A DNA stretch of 64,000 bases. It comes from an uncultured bacterium (GTDB lineage Bacteria; Zixibacteria; MSB-5A5; GN15; FEB-12). Both the position numbers and the translations under genes were made by a program. Of this stretch, positions 9,315-19,272 are shown in pieces (within the stretch, counting starts at the first letter, position 1; each line of letters opens with the position of its first letter). The stretch is from contig CBDVDR010000005.1 in assembly GCA_965372795.1 (NCBI GenBank), forward strand, positions 1 through 64,000, written 5' to 3'. The notes beneath the pieces are model-generated. The model made no database searches. It was not told where the DNA came from and worked only from the letters and a program-made list of their open reading frames with translations.

Positions 9315-10148
9315 ATGTCAAAAATTAATAAAAAAAAGAAAAACACAATCCAGACTTTTATTAAAAAGAAAGCTGCCAAAGAAAAAATTACTATTCTTAC
9401 TGCTTATGATACTTTCATGGCATCGCTTCTTGATAAAGCAGGGATTGATTCTATACTGGTTGGTGACTCGGCAAGCAATGTTATCCATGGTTACGATTCA
9501 ACCATTCCGATTACAATGGATACAATGATCACCCACACCTCTGCCGTTGCCAGAGGGACAAAACATGCTTTGCTGGTTGCTGATATGCCGTTTCTCTCAT
9601 TTCAACCCTCAATAGAAACTGCCATAAACAATGCCGGTCGATTTCTTAAAGAAGGATTTGCCGAGGCTGTTAAAATCGAGGGCGGGATTGAGATGGTCGA
9701 CACTATTAGAAGAGTTGTCGAATGCGGCATCCCGGTTATGGGACATATCGGTCTTACTCCTCAATCAATACATCGTTTCGGCGGTCCGAAAATACAGGGT
9801 CGCAAAGAAAAATCGCGAAACTACTTAAAAGAATCGGCTTTGGCGCTTGAAGAAGCCGGATGTTTCTCGATGGTCCTGGAACTGGTAGAAACAGAAATAG
9901 CCACAGAAATTACTTCATCATTAAAAACTGCAGCAACAATCGGAATCGGTGCCGGTCCCAATTGTGACGGACAGGTGTTGGTTTTGAATGATTTGTTAGG
10001 CTTGATGGATGAGGGTTTCAAACCTAAATTTTTAAGACAATATGCGAACCTTACTCCAATTATTGAACAAGCGCTAAAAAATTATATCAAAGATGTTGTC
10101 GATGGTAACTTCCCAAATGAAGATGAATCATACTCGGGAACAAAATAG
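9315..10148 (+). CDS. panB: 3-methyl-2-oxobutanoate hydroxymethyltransferase
   Basis: LTAYD, ILVGDS, ADMPF, GHIGLTPQ, IGIGAG. Confidence 0.96.
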   Translation: MSKINKKKKNTIQTFIKKKAAKEKITILTAYDTFMASLLDKAGIDSILVGDSASNVIHGYDSTIPITMDTMITHTSAVARGTKHALLVADMPFLSFQPSIETAINNAGRFLKEGFAEAVKIEGGIEMVDTIRRVVECGIPVMGHIGLTPQSIHRFGGPKIQGRKEKSRNYLKESALALEEAGCFSMVLELVETEIATEITSSLKTAATIGIGAGPNCDGQVLVLNDLLGLMDEGFKPKFLRQYANLTPIIEQALKNYIKDVVDGNFPNEDESYSGTK

Positions 10149-10200
10149 ACCAAAACCATATTCACATAAAAAAGATTATTTACTTTACTAAGGAGCTATA

Positions 10201-11106
10201 ATGCGAAGTTTAAAAACAATTTTTGTTTTTACAATTTTATTTATTTTTTCTATATCTTTATCAACTCTTGGACAGGACGTAAAAGATTCTACCGCTCACT
10301 GGAAAACCCCTGTCATCATTGATTTTACAACTACTCAGGCAGCTTATTCTGATTCCTGGGTTGGCGGTGAAGCCGGCTCGGTAAACTGGGCATCAAATCT
10401 AAATGGTTCTGCACAAAAACAGATTAACCCAAAATTCAATTTTAAATCAACCCTCAAACTTTCGTTTGGACAAACACTTACTCAGAATGCAGAAACCAAA
10501 GATTGGAGCAAACCGAAAAAATCTACCGACTTGATTGACTGGGAAACTGTCGGACGCTTTACCCTGAACTTCTTTGTTGACCCCTATACAGCTTTCCGTC
10601 TCGAATCACAATTTTATGATGGCTCCAATATTGCCAAAAAACTTTTCTTGAATCCTATAAAATTTACCGAGTCTGCCGGTTTTGCTAAAAAATTATATAC
10701 CGCTGAATCTAATGAGATCATCACCCGTCTCGGTCTTGGTATTAGACAGTTAACGAAAACAGTTATTATTGATGCCGCTTTAAACACAGATGATTCCACT
10801 TTCACTGATGGCGGATTTGAATCAGTAACCGATGCTACTTTTAAATTCAACGATCACCTCACCTATACCGGTAAACTATCTCTATATAGAGCAATATATT
10901 TTTCTAAAAGTGATGCCGTCAAAGGGACTGAATATGAAGATGACTGGAAAGCGCTTGATATAAATTGGGAAAATATTGTAAATGCCCAGCTTTCAAAAGT
11001 TATTACTGTTAATTTCTATGCTCAATTCCTTTACGATAAAGAAATCAGCAAAAAAGCCAGAATCAAAGAAACAATGGCGATAGGTTTTGTATATAAATTG
11101 TTTTAG
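10201..11106 (+). CDS. Outer-membrane beta-barrel-like protein (DUF3078-like)
   Basis: Signal peptide, W-x-GG motif, KSTD, amphipathic strands, terminal Phe. Confidence 0.6.
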   Translation: MRSLKTIFVFTILFIFSISLSTLGQDVKDSTAHWKTPVIIDFTTTQAAYSDSWVGGEAGSVNWASNLNGSAQKQINPKFNFKSTLKLSFGQTLTQNAETKDWSKPKKSTDLIDWETVGRFTLNFFVDPYTAFRLESQFYDGSNIAKKLFLNPIKFTESAGFAKKLYTAESNEIITRLGLGIRQLTKTVIIDAALNTDDSTFTDGGFESVTDATFKFNDHLTYTGKLSLYRAIYFSKSDAVKGTEYEDDWKALDINWENIVNAQLSKVITVNFYAQFLYDKEISKKARIKETMAIGFVYKLF

Positions 11107-11115
11107 AGATTTTAG

Positions 11116-12816
11116 CTATTTAAGCATGCCGGTAAAGTACAGCACAACCATTTCCAGAACAATGGCGATAACTCCTACCAGGATATATTTCCAAACCTGA
11201 TTTTTTTTCACAGGGACTACCGGTTTATCATCAACAATTGCCCGACGCTGATTACGGGTAATCCGCCGTTGATCATAATCGTCCCAATCAAGTAGAAACT
11301 CTTCAAAGGTCTTATAACGTTGAGCTACTCGAATTGACAGAAGCTTTTTCATCATCCTCACGATATCTTCACCCAGATTATCTTTGATATCATCAATTAA
11401 AAGATTGGTGGAAGTATCATAATTCGGGTTCCGTCCGATAATCATCTGATGAAGGATAACACCCAGCGCATAGATATCGCCCTGTTTGGATTGTTTACGC
11501 TCCGGTGGCATATACCAGTTCTTTTTCCCGCTATCATCATAATGAGATGGCATCCCGAAATCAGTTAATTTCGGAACTTCATCTGAATTAAACAAAATAT
11601 TTGAGGGTCTTAAATTTCCATGAACAACATTATTTTTATGGGCAAAATCTAATCCGGCAGCAACATCCAAAATAATCCCAAAAGCTTTCTCCCAGTTATA
11701 GCGCCTGACCATTCGATCTGCCAGCGAGCCGCCCTGTGCATAATCAGAAATCATAACCGAAGATCTCTTATCTCCCCCTGATCCATAAATCTTGTTAATA
11801 TTTTTATGTGTAAGCGATTTTAAAATTTTTGATTCTTTCCGGCCGACTTCTCCCCGCTCATGTTTTTTAATAACATACAACTGCTTATTCAATTTATTTT
11901 CGACCAGTATAGTTGATGAAAAACGGGTTTCTTTAAAGGTATCAAGATACCTGCATTTCCCCATAAATGATTCTGAACCGGTAATCGAAAATTCATCTTT
12001 TTTTGACTCTGAATTACTTTGGTTCATTGCTTCCAAGAGAGCATCTTTCAACTCAACTGCCGTTTGATAACGATCTTTGGCTTCCTGTGCCATACACTTA
12101 TTAACTATAACATCGAATTTCTTCCCTAAAGACGGCACAAATTCTGATGGAGGTTTAAAATGTCCGAGCGGTTTTTTCCCAACCAGAATTTCATATAGAA
12201 CAATTCCTATCGCATAAATATCGGTTGTTTGATCAACATTGGTAGAACTGATTTTCTGTTCCGGTGACATATACGCCAAGGTACCCATGATAACATCAGT
12301 AGCAGTTATTTCAGTATCCGGCGTGCCTACAATCTGAGCAATGCCGAAATCCGCCACCATAGCATTACCCTGTTTATCAATTAGAATATTTGCCGGTTTT
12401 ATATCGCGATGGATAATTCCATTTTTATGAGCATAATCTAAAGCTTTACATACCTGAACAACCATCTCAAGTTTGGTATTCAGGTTTATTTTATCAGAAT
12501 CAATAACCTCCCGAAGAGATGCTCCATCAATATAATCCATCACAAAATAATACCGTCCCCCGGCATTTCCCTTATCTATTACATGAACAATATTCGGATG
12601 GTTTAATCCGGCGACAACAAGTGATTCTCTTTCGAACCGCCGTACAATTTCAGGATCATCGGTAAGTTTTGAAGATAAAATTTTTATGGCAACTTCACGG
12701 TTTAATGACTCTTGTCGTCCGCGGTAAATCTCCGCAACTCCCCCTTGACCGATTTTACCGGTTAAAGTGTATTCGCCGATCTTTACTGTTTTTTTCTTCT
12801 CTGCAGTTTGTGCCAT
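11116..12816 (-). CDS. Ser/Thr protein kinase with tandem kinase plus pseudokinase domains and a C-terminal TM anchor
   Basis: Domain 1: GQGG, VAIK, HRDIKPAN, DFG, SPE. Domain 2: HGNLRPSN, DFG, PPE. Hydrophobic C-terminal helix. Confidence 0.85.
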   Translation of the reverse strand: MAQTAEKKKTVKIGEYTLTGKIGQGGVAEIYRGRQESLNREVAIKILSSKLTDDPEIVRRFERESLVVAGLNHPNIVHVIDKGNAGGRYYFVMDYIDGASLREVIDSDKINLNTKLEMVVQVCKALDYAHKNGIIHRDIKPANILIDKQGNAMVADFGIAQIVGTPDTEITATDVIMGTLAYMSPEQKISSTNVDQTTDIYAIGIVLYEILVGKKPLGHFKPPSEFVPSLGKKFDVIVNKCMAQEAKDRYQTAVELKDALLEAMNQSNSESKKDEFSITGSESFMGKCRYLDTFKETRFSSTILVENKLNKQLYVIKKHERGEVGRKESKILKSLTHKNINKIYGSGGDKRSSVMISDYAQGGSLADRMVRRYNWEKAFGIILDVAAGLDFAHKNNVVHGNLRPSNILFNSDEVPKLTDFGMPSHYDDSGKKNWYMPPERKQSKQGDIYALGVILHQMIIGRNPNYDTSTNLLIDDIKDNLGEDIVRMMKKLLSIRVAQRYKTFEEFLLDWDDYDQRRITRNQRRAIVDDKPVVPVKKNQVWKYILVGVIAIVLEMVVLYFTGMLK

Positions 12817-12841
12817 TTACAAATATTTCCAGTAAAAAAAT

Positions 12842-12870
12842 TAGGGACAGCCTGAATCAGACTGTCCCTA
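12842..12870 (-). terminator. Intrinsic terminator
   Basis: TAGGGACAG...CTGTCCCTA stem followed by a U-run on the minus strand. Confidence 0.7.
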
Positions 12871-12894
12871 TAATAATCGGCATTTAAACAAGTT

Positions 12895-13749
12895 TTATTT
12901 AATCATTACCATCTTCTTAGTTTGACTGCCACTTTCATGCTCAAGTCGATAGAAATAGATTCCGCTTGGATGGCTCTGACCGTCAAATTCATACTGATGG
13001 ATTCCAGCCGGTAAAGTTGACTCAATCAGAGTCTCTACTTTTTGACCAATGATATTGAATACCACTAACTTAACATGACCGGACTTAGGCAGAGAAAATT
13101 CAATATGAGTTTTCGGATTAAAAGGGTTAGGGTAATTTTGGGCTAAATCAAAGTTTTCTGGCAGACCACTCTCGTTATCATCACCTACCGCAGTCGGAAG
13201 ACTTACCGATACTGTCCCTGATTTATATTCTGGAAGATACGTATTGATTCCGGAATTATCTGTTAATACCACTCTCTGCCAGTATTTGACGCCTGAACCG
13301 ACTTCAGTGAGAACATTAATAGAATCCAGATCAATTTCCTGCTCCGGCGCATTAAAATCAGTATGCATATAAATAGTAGCTAATATCCCGCCATCGCCAC
13401 TATATGTAGGCAGCGGAGTTATTACTTCTGTCATAAAAGTTATTTCTACTAGTCTTTCAACAGTATTAATCTGAGTCAGTTTTTGAATTCCTTCACCAAT
13501 AACAGAATTTACAAATGATACCGAATCAACAATTATATCACTGCTTGAATATCTGATCGGTATTGTCAGTCCCGAAAAGGCTATATTATTATCAGTAAGA
13601 TTAATATTTACTGAAAAATTATCGCCGGGCATTACATTAACAGAATCTACTGATATTATTCCGGTATACCCCTGACCATAACTGTCACCAGGTGATAATG
13701 CAAGTATCAGAATTACTGCAAAAACAAAAGTTATCAATTTCTTAATCAT
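12895..13749 (-). CDS. Secreted cohesin-like domain protein with T9SS type A/FlgD-like C-terminal domain
   Basis: Signal peptide; PGDNFSVNI...GLTIPIRY...GILATIY cohesin-like strand pattern; QNYPNPFNP...SGIYFYRL...KKMVMIK tail. Confidence 0.75.
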   Translation of the reverse strand: MIKKLITFVFAVILILALSPGDSYGQGYTGIISVDSVNVMPGDNFSVNINLTDNNIAFSGLTIPIRYSSSDIIVDSVSFVNSVIGEGIQKLTQINTVERLVEITFMTEVITPLPTYSGDGGILATIYMHTDFNAPEQEIDLDSINVLTEVGSGVKYWQRVVLTDNSGINTYLPEYKSGTVSVSLPTAVGDDNESGLPENFDLAQNYPNPFNPKTHIEFSLPKSGHVKLVVFNIIGQKVETLIESTLPAGIHQYEFDGQSHPSGIYFYRLEHESGSQTKKMVMIK

Positions 13750-13825
13750 ATTTGATCCTTTCCGCAAAAGACACTATCCTCACTCAGGCTAATAATTTAG
13801 CCTTCTTATCCTCTAAACCCCTTAA

Positions 13826-13841
13826 TGCACAGGCTGTGCCT
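13826..13841 (-). promoter_or_regulatory. Putative sigma-54 (-24/-12) promoter
   Basis: AGGCAC-AGCCT-GTGCA, i.e. GG-N10-GC, about 75 bp upstream of the cohesin gene. Confidence 0.45.
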
Positions 13842-14077
13842 GAATTTGTAAAAAAGATATCTTTCTGAGAGGTCAATTGCAGAGAAAATCCTTTCATGGT
13901 AAATTGTTATAATTCATGAAATTATACGATGTATAAGGCAGGAAATTTTAAAGTTTTTCTGCTGTTCTAAATTTGAACAGCAGAAATATGCAGGCTTTTA
14001 TATGAAGTACGTAGCAATTGGTTGCACAAATACTTACCCAATATTGAATTATTATAATTCAATATGACTTACTGATC

Positions 14078-15514
14078 CTATTGCCAGTCAGTCTTTATAT
14101 TTACAAATAATGTCTTATAATTGCGCCAGATAAAGAAAATTACTTCACGAGGTTTATCAAGCGAAATTTTATCCATTATTTCCTCAACATTTTCAATCGA
14201 AATAACTTCTTCATTGTCCACTCGTTGAATAATATCACCAATCCGTAAACCGCCAATATTTGCTAACCCGCCTTGTTTGAGGTCTGAAACTCTGGCACCC
14301 TTTAGAGCATCTTCATCCAGATTGTAAAGCATGTAATCAGAAAAAACTAATGACCTGACTGAAAATTCCAATATTTCATTCTTATATTCCGGAGCATCCA
14401 TAGCCGCAATTGGGGCTTTATCAAGCGTAATAAATAGACTTACCGTATCAACCGAGTTTTCACCGGGACGATAAACAGCTAATTCCAACGCTGCACCAGG
14501 ACCAAGTTCAGAAACTGTCCTTTGGAAAATTGGTAGTTTTTCTTCACGATCAACTTCGATCCGTTGTCCATTCAGCGAAAATATTATATCTCCCACAATT
14601 AAACCGCCTTTAAAAGCCGGAGATCTGGGGACTACTTCATTTACAATAATTCCACCGGGTGTGTCAATATTCCAAAACTCTGACATATCCTCGGTAAACG
14701 CCTGCAGAGAAATACCAAGCCAGCCTCTATCACCATTACCTTTTTTGGGCGGAGATGAGATTATCTTTTGAAGTTTATCTGCTGTAATAACCCCTTGTAA
14801 AGGAATCCCAAACTGTCGTGAGTTACCAAAACCGCCAGATTCGCTACCGCTGGAAGGGTTTGGAATAGAACCCAAAATTCCAACAGCTTGAAGTTTTTCA
14901 TTATATAAAACAGATGTTAATTGAAGCGAGTTAAATCCAATCGTCAGAGGCATCTCTTGTGGTGATTTGACAAGATTTGAGATCATGCCGACATCAGCAG
15001 CCAGAGGAGGTTCAATGAAACTTGGCAGCAACATATATAATGCTAACCAATCTCCGATTACAAATTCATCGATATTCTCAAACTTAACAGCTTCAAACTT
15101 TTCATCGGTTTCGGTAATTATTTTCACAAATCCAAATTTAGTATATTGATCGTTTCCGATATACTCACCATTGTATTCTGTACCATCAAGAGTTATAACT
15201 TTTATATCACCCGGCTCTGTTTTAATTGCAAAACCATGCATCCCCAGTCCGCTTTCATTGATCAAAGCGCTCCCATTAAAAATCACCAAACCCTCATCAG
15301 AAACAATCGTACCCAGGAATCTTTCATTTTGAACCGAACTATTCATACCAAATGATATCTCTATACTAATCTCCAGTATAACCGTATACTCTTTAGCATT
15401 TTCCTGAAGTTTATCAAAATCAAAACGTTGAGCCTTAACCGCAGTATTCATATTCAGGAGAAAGAATACAGCTGCAAGGAAAAATATTTTTACAAATTTA
15501 TTAGTTTTGATCAT
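14078..15514 (-). CDS. Secreted HtrA-like PDZ protein with a degenerate protease domain
   Basis: GTIVSDEGLVI, GDW, GWLGI and two PDZ domains; no TNxH or GNSGG. Confidence 0.75.
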   Translation of the reverse strand: MIKTNKFVKIFFLAAVFFLLNMNTAVKAQRFDFDKLQENAKEYTVILEISIEISFGMNSSVQNERFLGTIVSDEGLVIFNGSALINESGLGMHGFAIKTEPGDIKVITLDGTEYNGEYIGNDQYTKFGFVKIITETDEKFEAVKFENIDEFVIGDWLALYMLLPSFIEPPLAADVGMISNLVKSPQEMPLTIGFNSLQLTSVLYNEKLQAVGILGSIPNPSSGSESGGFGNSRQFGIPLQGVITADKLQKIISSPPKKGNGDRGWLGISLQAFTEDMSEFWNIDTPGGIIVNEVVPRSPAFKGGLIVGDIIFSLNGQRIEVDREEKLPIFQRTVSELGPGAALELAVYRPGENSVDTVSLFITLDKAPIAAMDAPEYKNEILEFSVRSLVFSDYMLYNLDEDALKGARVSDLKQGGLANIGGLRIGDIIQRVDNEEVISIENVEEIMDKISLDKPREVIFFIWRNYKTLFVNIKTDWQ

Positions 15515-16877
15515 GAAGCAGATCTCCCTCTGTATTACTTGCATTTATAACAACAAATCTAGTAGCGCCGGATCGATCGATAGTAAATAGAATTTTTTCA
15601 TCCGATTGGCCGGTCAATTTATCATAGATAGAAATAAATTCAGGCAAATTAGCAATCAATTCATTATTAACTTTTAAGATTACATCTCCCCTATTCAGAC
15701 CGCCATCAACATTATTTCCGGTTCGTTTAACCCCTTCAATTAAAACTCCGAGAGAATCAAATAATTTTGCTTCAATCTGCATCTGTTTTGTAATTGCTTT
15801 TACAGTCAGCCCCCAGTTTTTACATTCAAAAATTTCTCCCTGAAGCTCTCCTAATTCGCGGGTGGTAACTTTAAAATTATAAGTTTGCTCATCCCGAAGA
15901 ACTTTCAAACTCAACTCACTGCCCGGTACTGATGATGCGATCAAATTATAGAACAATGGCAGTTCCTCAACAAATCTCGCCGATACTTCCTGATTGTCAA
16001 CTTCCAATATAATATCGCCGGCCTTAAGAAAACTTTCCGCCGCCGGTGATAACGGATCTATCGAAGAAATCAATACTCCCGAGTTTCGCATTGTACCAAA
16101 ATAACTTTCTAATTCCTGCAAGGCCTGACAATGAAGCCCGATCCAGCTTCTTTGAACTTTGCCATTTTTTAAAATCTCACCGGTAACTTTTTTAACAACA
16201 TTTATGGGGATTGAAAAGCCAATATTGTTGGCATACAAAGTAGCTCTTGAGTTTACCCCGATAACCTGCCCATTTAAATTTACAAGCGGACCGCCGGAAT
16301 TCCCCGGATTTATTGCCGCATCTGTTTGGATCCATAAATTGTAACGTCCTGTTTGTTCACCGCTGGGCAGCCGTACTTCGGTACTAAAATACCGGTCCAT
16401 AGTCGAAACAACTCCGGCAGAAACTGAACGGGAAAGAGAAAGTGGTGACCCCATAGCCAAAACATACTGACCAACTTCAACCGAATCAGAATTCCCAAAT
16501 TCAGCAATCGGAATAGCGCCTTCAACTTCAGATAGATCCAACTTTATCACAGCCAAATCAGTCATCGGGTCCCCACCGATATACTCGGCTGTTACCTGTT
16601 CCCGATCATGAAGCGTGCAGATTATTCTTTCTGCTTTACCGGCGACATGATAGTTGGTGACAACAAAGCCATCTTTATGGAACACAAAACCAGATCCGAC
16701 AACAGCTTGTTTTTCAAGTTCACCGGTTCGATAATTTTTTATTACCGGCTGAATATGAACCAAAGCCGGCATAACTTTATCCCGTGCTGAAAATACTTGT
16801 TTTTGTATATCTGCCAGCCCGGAGCTATTTAAAATTAAAACTAAAAAAAATATTTTGACCAAAATAAATTTATTCAT
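15501..16877 (-). CDS. HtrA-family trypsin-like serine protease with PDZ domains
   Basis: GSGF, TNYHV, TDLAV, INPGNSGGP. Confidence 0.9.
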   Translation of the reverse strand: MNKFILVKIFFLVLILNSSGLADIQKQVFSARDKVMPALVHIQPVIKNYRTGELEKQAVVGSGFVFHKDGFVVTNYHVAGKAERIICTLHDREQVTAEYIGGDPMTDLAVIKLDLSEVEGAIPIAEFGNSDSVEVGQYVLAMGSPLSLSRSVSAGVVSTMDRYFSTEVRLPSGEQTGRYNLWIQTDAAINPGNSGGPLVNLNGQVIGVNSRATLYANNIGFSIPINVVKKVTGEILKNGKVQRSWIGLHCQALQELESYFGTMRNSGVLISSIDPLSPAAESFLKAGDIILEVDNQEVSARFVEELPLFYNLIASSVPGSELSLKVLRDEQTYNFKVTTRELGELQGEIFECKNWGLTVKAITKQMQIEAKLFDSLGVLIEGVKRTGNNVDGGLNRGDVILKVNNELIANLPEFISIYDKLTGQSDEKILFTIDRSGATRFVVINASNTEGDLLHDQN

Positions 16878-16906
16878 TTGTTCCCTTTTCTTTTTTTCAA
16901 TCTTAT

Positions 16907-16931
16907 AACGAATGATCAATTATAAAGTTCT
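16907..16931 (-). promoter_or_regulatory. Putative ECF sigma promoter for the HtrA pair
   Basis: AGAAC-N16-CGTT, 30 bp upstream of the ATG at 16877. Confidence 0.45.
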
Positions 16932-17013
16932 AAAATTGTTCAACTAAATGTGATTATAACGGCTTTTATGTATCTTCGGCAAGATTATATTTATTAAAAT
17001 TTTTGTCCAAAAA

Positions 17014-17041
17014 AAAAGGAATCTCAAAAGAGATTCCTTTT
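17014..17041 (-). terminator. Intrinsic terminator of the SigW-like operon
   Basis: AAAAGGAATCTC-AAAA-GAGATTCCTTTT perfect stem. Confidence 0.8.
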
Positions 17042-17060
17042 AGTACGCTTTTAATTAAAA

Positions 17061-17915
17061 TCACTTTTTCCAGTAGAAATCTATCGACCCTAAACCGACC
17101 TCAACAATAATAACAATTCTATCGTCAGCATCTTCAAAATCCGGTGATTCATACAGGTCTTCATCTATTTCATCAAGATCATCATTATGGAAGTCTATCG
17201 ACGAGAGCCAATTGCTTCCTTGCGTCTCAATTCTTACAGGAATATTCATTGGGATATAAATTTCTGCTGATCCAAGACCAATTTCTATTTCAACCCTTGA
17301 TTCCCCGTCATATTTACCTCTTAGATCAATTTCAAACGACCCAACTCCGCCAGAAAAATTAAACTCATCAAAATTAGCATTGCCTAAAGAGATTAGTTCT
17401 AATGAACAGGCCCCGGCTTCAATTGAAAATTCTTTTAACCTGATTGGATTAGGTTCAGAAAATTCGATCACGCCTGATGCCGCTCCCACCTCAAGCTCAA
17501 ATGATGAGATCGGGATGCCTCCGAGGTCCATTTCTGCTTCACAGGCGCCTATTTCAAAACTGATCTCAGTTTCATATTTTTTTGATAAAGTTATGTCCCA
17601 TCGATTATCTTCAGAATCCATATTAATGCTATTATCGTGGTCACTTTCCAAAGTGAGGTATCCGGTCGACCTTTTAACCTGATAATCAATTTCATAATCA
17701 ATTTTTCGGGCATTATATTCAATCTCGATTAAAGCAACTTCATCAATATTTCTCGAGATGACCAGAAATTCCCCGGCTCCGAGTTCAGCTTGTATAATAA
17801 TTTTTTCAGCACCTTCAGCATCAATTTTCTTGGAAACTTGAGAATTTCGACGGGCATTAACATTCCCAGCCATCAGAATCAATATCATTAAAATAGTAAG
17901 AAATAGCTTTTTCAT
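17061..17915 (-). CDS. Secreted toast-rack/LiaF-related (DUF2154-like) cell-envelope stress protein
   Basis: Signal peptide; repeated (L/V/I)GAG/GVG/GLG beta-strand units. Confidence 0.6.
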   Translation of the reverse strand: MKKLFLTILMILILMAGNVNARRNSQVSKKIDAEGAEKIIIQAELGAGEFLVISRNIDEVALIEIEYNARKIDYEIDYQVKRSTGYLTLESDHDNSINMDSEDNRWDITLSKKYETEISFEIGACEAEMDLGGIPISSFELEVGAASGVIEFSEPNPIRLKEFSIEAGACSLELISLGNANFDEFNFSGGVGSFEIDLRGKYDGESRVEIEIGLGSAEIYIPMNIPVRIETQGSNWLSSIDFHNDDLDEIDEDLYESPDFEDADDRIVIIVEVGLGSIDFYWKK

Positions 17916-17972
17916 AACATCCTCCGAAGTTCTTATTCTCATTTTGTAATACGCTGATCCAAATCCTTTGTT

Positions 17973-19244
17973 TCAATCCTTATTCCCAAGGTCATCGGAA
18001 CCATCAGAAATATTCGGGGGAGCCGGTGGTTCGGGATATGCGGTAGGTTTTGGAGATTCCGGCATCATTGGAGATGTTGGGATAGGAGGTGGAGCCGGCA
18101 TATTATTAGTTTCTTTTTCCTTGCTGCTTGCTTCTTCTGTCCAACTCCGATACTCTTTGAAACCGAACCGAGTCAAAACTGCAGCTCCTAAGCCTGAGAA
18201 AATTGGATAAGTCGATATTATAATAGAAATTACTAAAACAAAAACCCCAATTCCTTGCATTTCAGAGTCCGGAGAACCCATCAGAACAGAAACTATTATC
18301 CAAAGCGACATATAAAGCAGAACGCCAAAAAGAGCATTAAAAATTGTACTCTTGTTTCCACCAAAATATTTATTAGAGGTCTTTTCACCAATCATAATAC
18401 CAAAAATTGTCACTCCAATAAATATTGCGGCCAGATAACTCATTGGAACAAGCGGAATAATTGCGATACCGACAATTGTCACCGCCAGGATAACTATCAA
18501 AAGAGGCATCATAAACAGCATTAACCAGCCGAGCAAAAACGTCCTGACCTTATAAGTCTGCATACAATTCTTTAATCGGTTTAATTGCTTAGGCATTAAA
18601 GCAACTATCAGGAACGAAAAGAAAATCACAATTGCAAGAAATGACAGAGAGACTATTACACCATCGATTGAAAATGTTTCTACCAATCCTTCAAAATCAA
18701 GAGGATTTTCTGATTCAATTGACAAACCTAAAACTTCGGCATTATCTTTTATTATAATTGTAGGAGCTTCAATATTGCCATCAACCCTGCCGGTACCATA
18801 AACAACAACCCGATTGGTAAACGACTTAACATTACCCTTTACCCAGCCTTTAACATAAATCCTGCCCAGTGAATTCAAATCGCCGTCAACAAATTCATCA
18901 TACCCGACTGTAATAGTTTTTGTCGTAGGTGAAATCTTAAGTTCGTTAATGGCTCGTTGTTCAATATCGTCATTTTTTGCGCGATCACTGGATTCAATCC
19001 CGCTGAACTCTGAGGGCGTTAAATCACCTTCTACAAATGAATCACTCTCCCACTCATAATACCATGGCTGACCCAGCGTGTCGATAGCACTGACGCCATC
19101 TTCGGTTAATTTTATTTCATTAAAAATAGGGTCGGTAATTTCATTATTTGCTTCCTGAGTAGGATCTTGAGCAGAGATAGATACTGAAAAAAGCAGCAGT
19201 ACTAAATTAAAAGACAATAACAATTTTATAAAAGCTGTTCTCAC
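17973..19244 (-). CDS. Membrane protein with bactofilin-like beta-helical region, multiple TM helices and a Pro-rich tail
   Basis: VKGWVKGNV/VDGNI repeats, about 5-6 hydrophobic helices, GAAVLTRFG motif. Confidence 0.6.
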   Translation of the reverse strand: MRTAFIKLLLSFNLVLLLFSVSISAQDPTQEANNEITDPIFNEIKLTEDGVSAIDTLGQPWYYEWESDSFVEGDLTPSEFSGIESSDRAKNDDIEQRAINELKISPTTKTITVGYDEFVDGDLNSLGRIYVKGWVKGNVKSFTNRVVVYGTGRVDGNIEAPTIIIKDNAEVLGLSIESENPLDFEGLVETFSIDGVIVSLSFLAIVIFFSFLIVALMPKQLNRLKNCMQTYKVRTFLLGWLMLFMMPLLIVILAVTIVGIAIIPLVPMSYLAAIFIGVTIFGIMIGEKTSNKYFGGNKSTIFNALFGVLLYMSLWIIVSVLMGSPDSEMQGIGVFVLVISIIISTYPIFSGLGAAVLTRFGFKEYRSWTEEASSKEKETNNMPAPPPIPTSPMMPESPKPTAYPEPPAPPNISDGSDDLGNKD

Positions 19245-19272
19245 AATACAATCCTATGTATTCAATTAAGAA

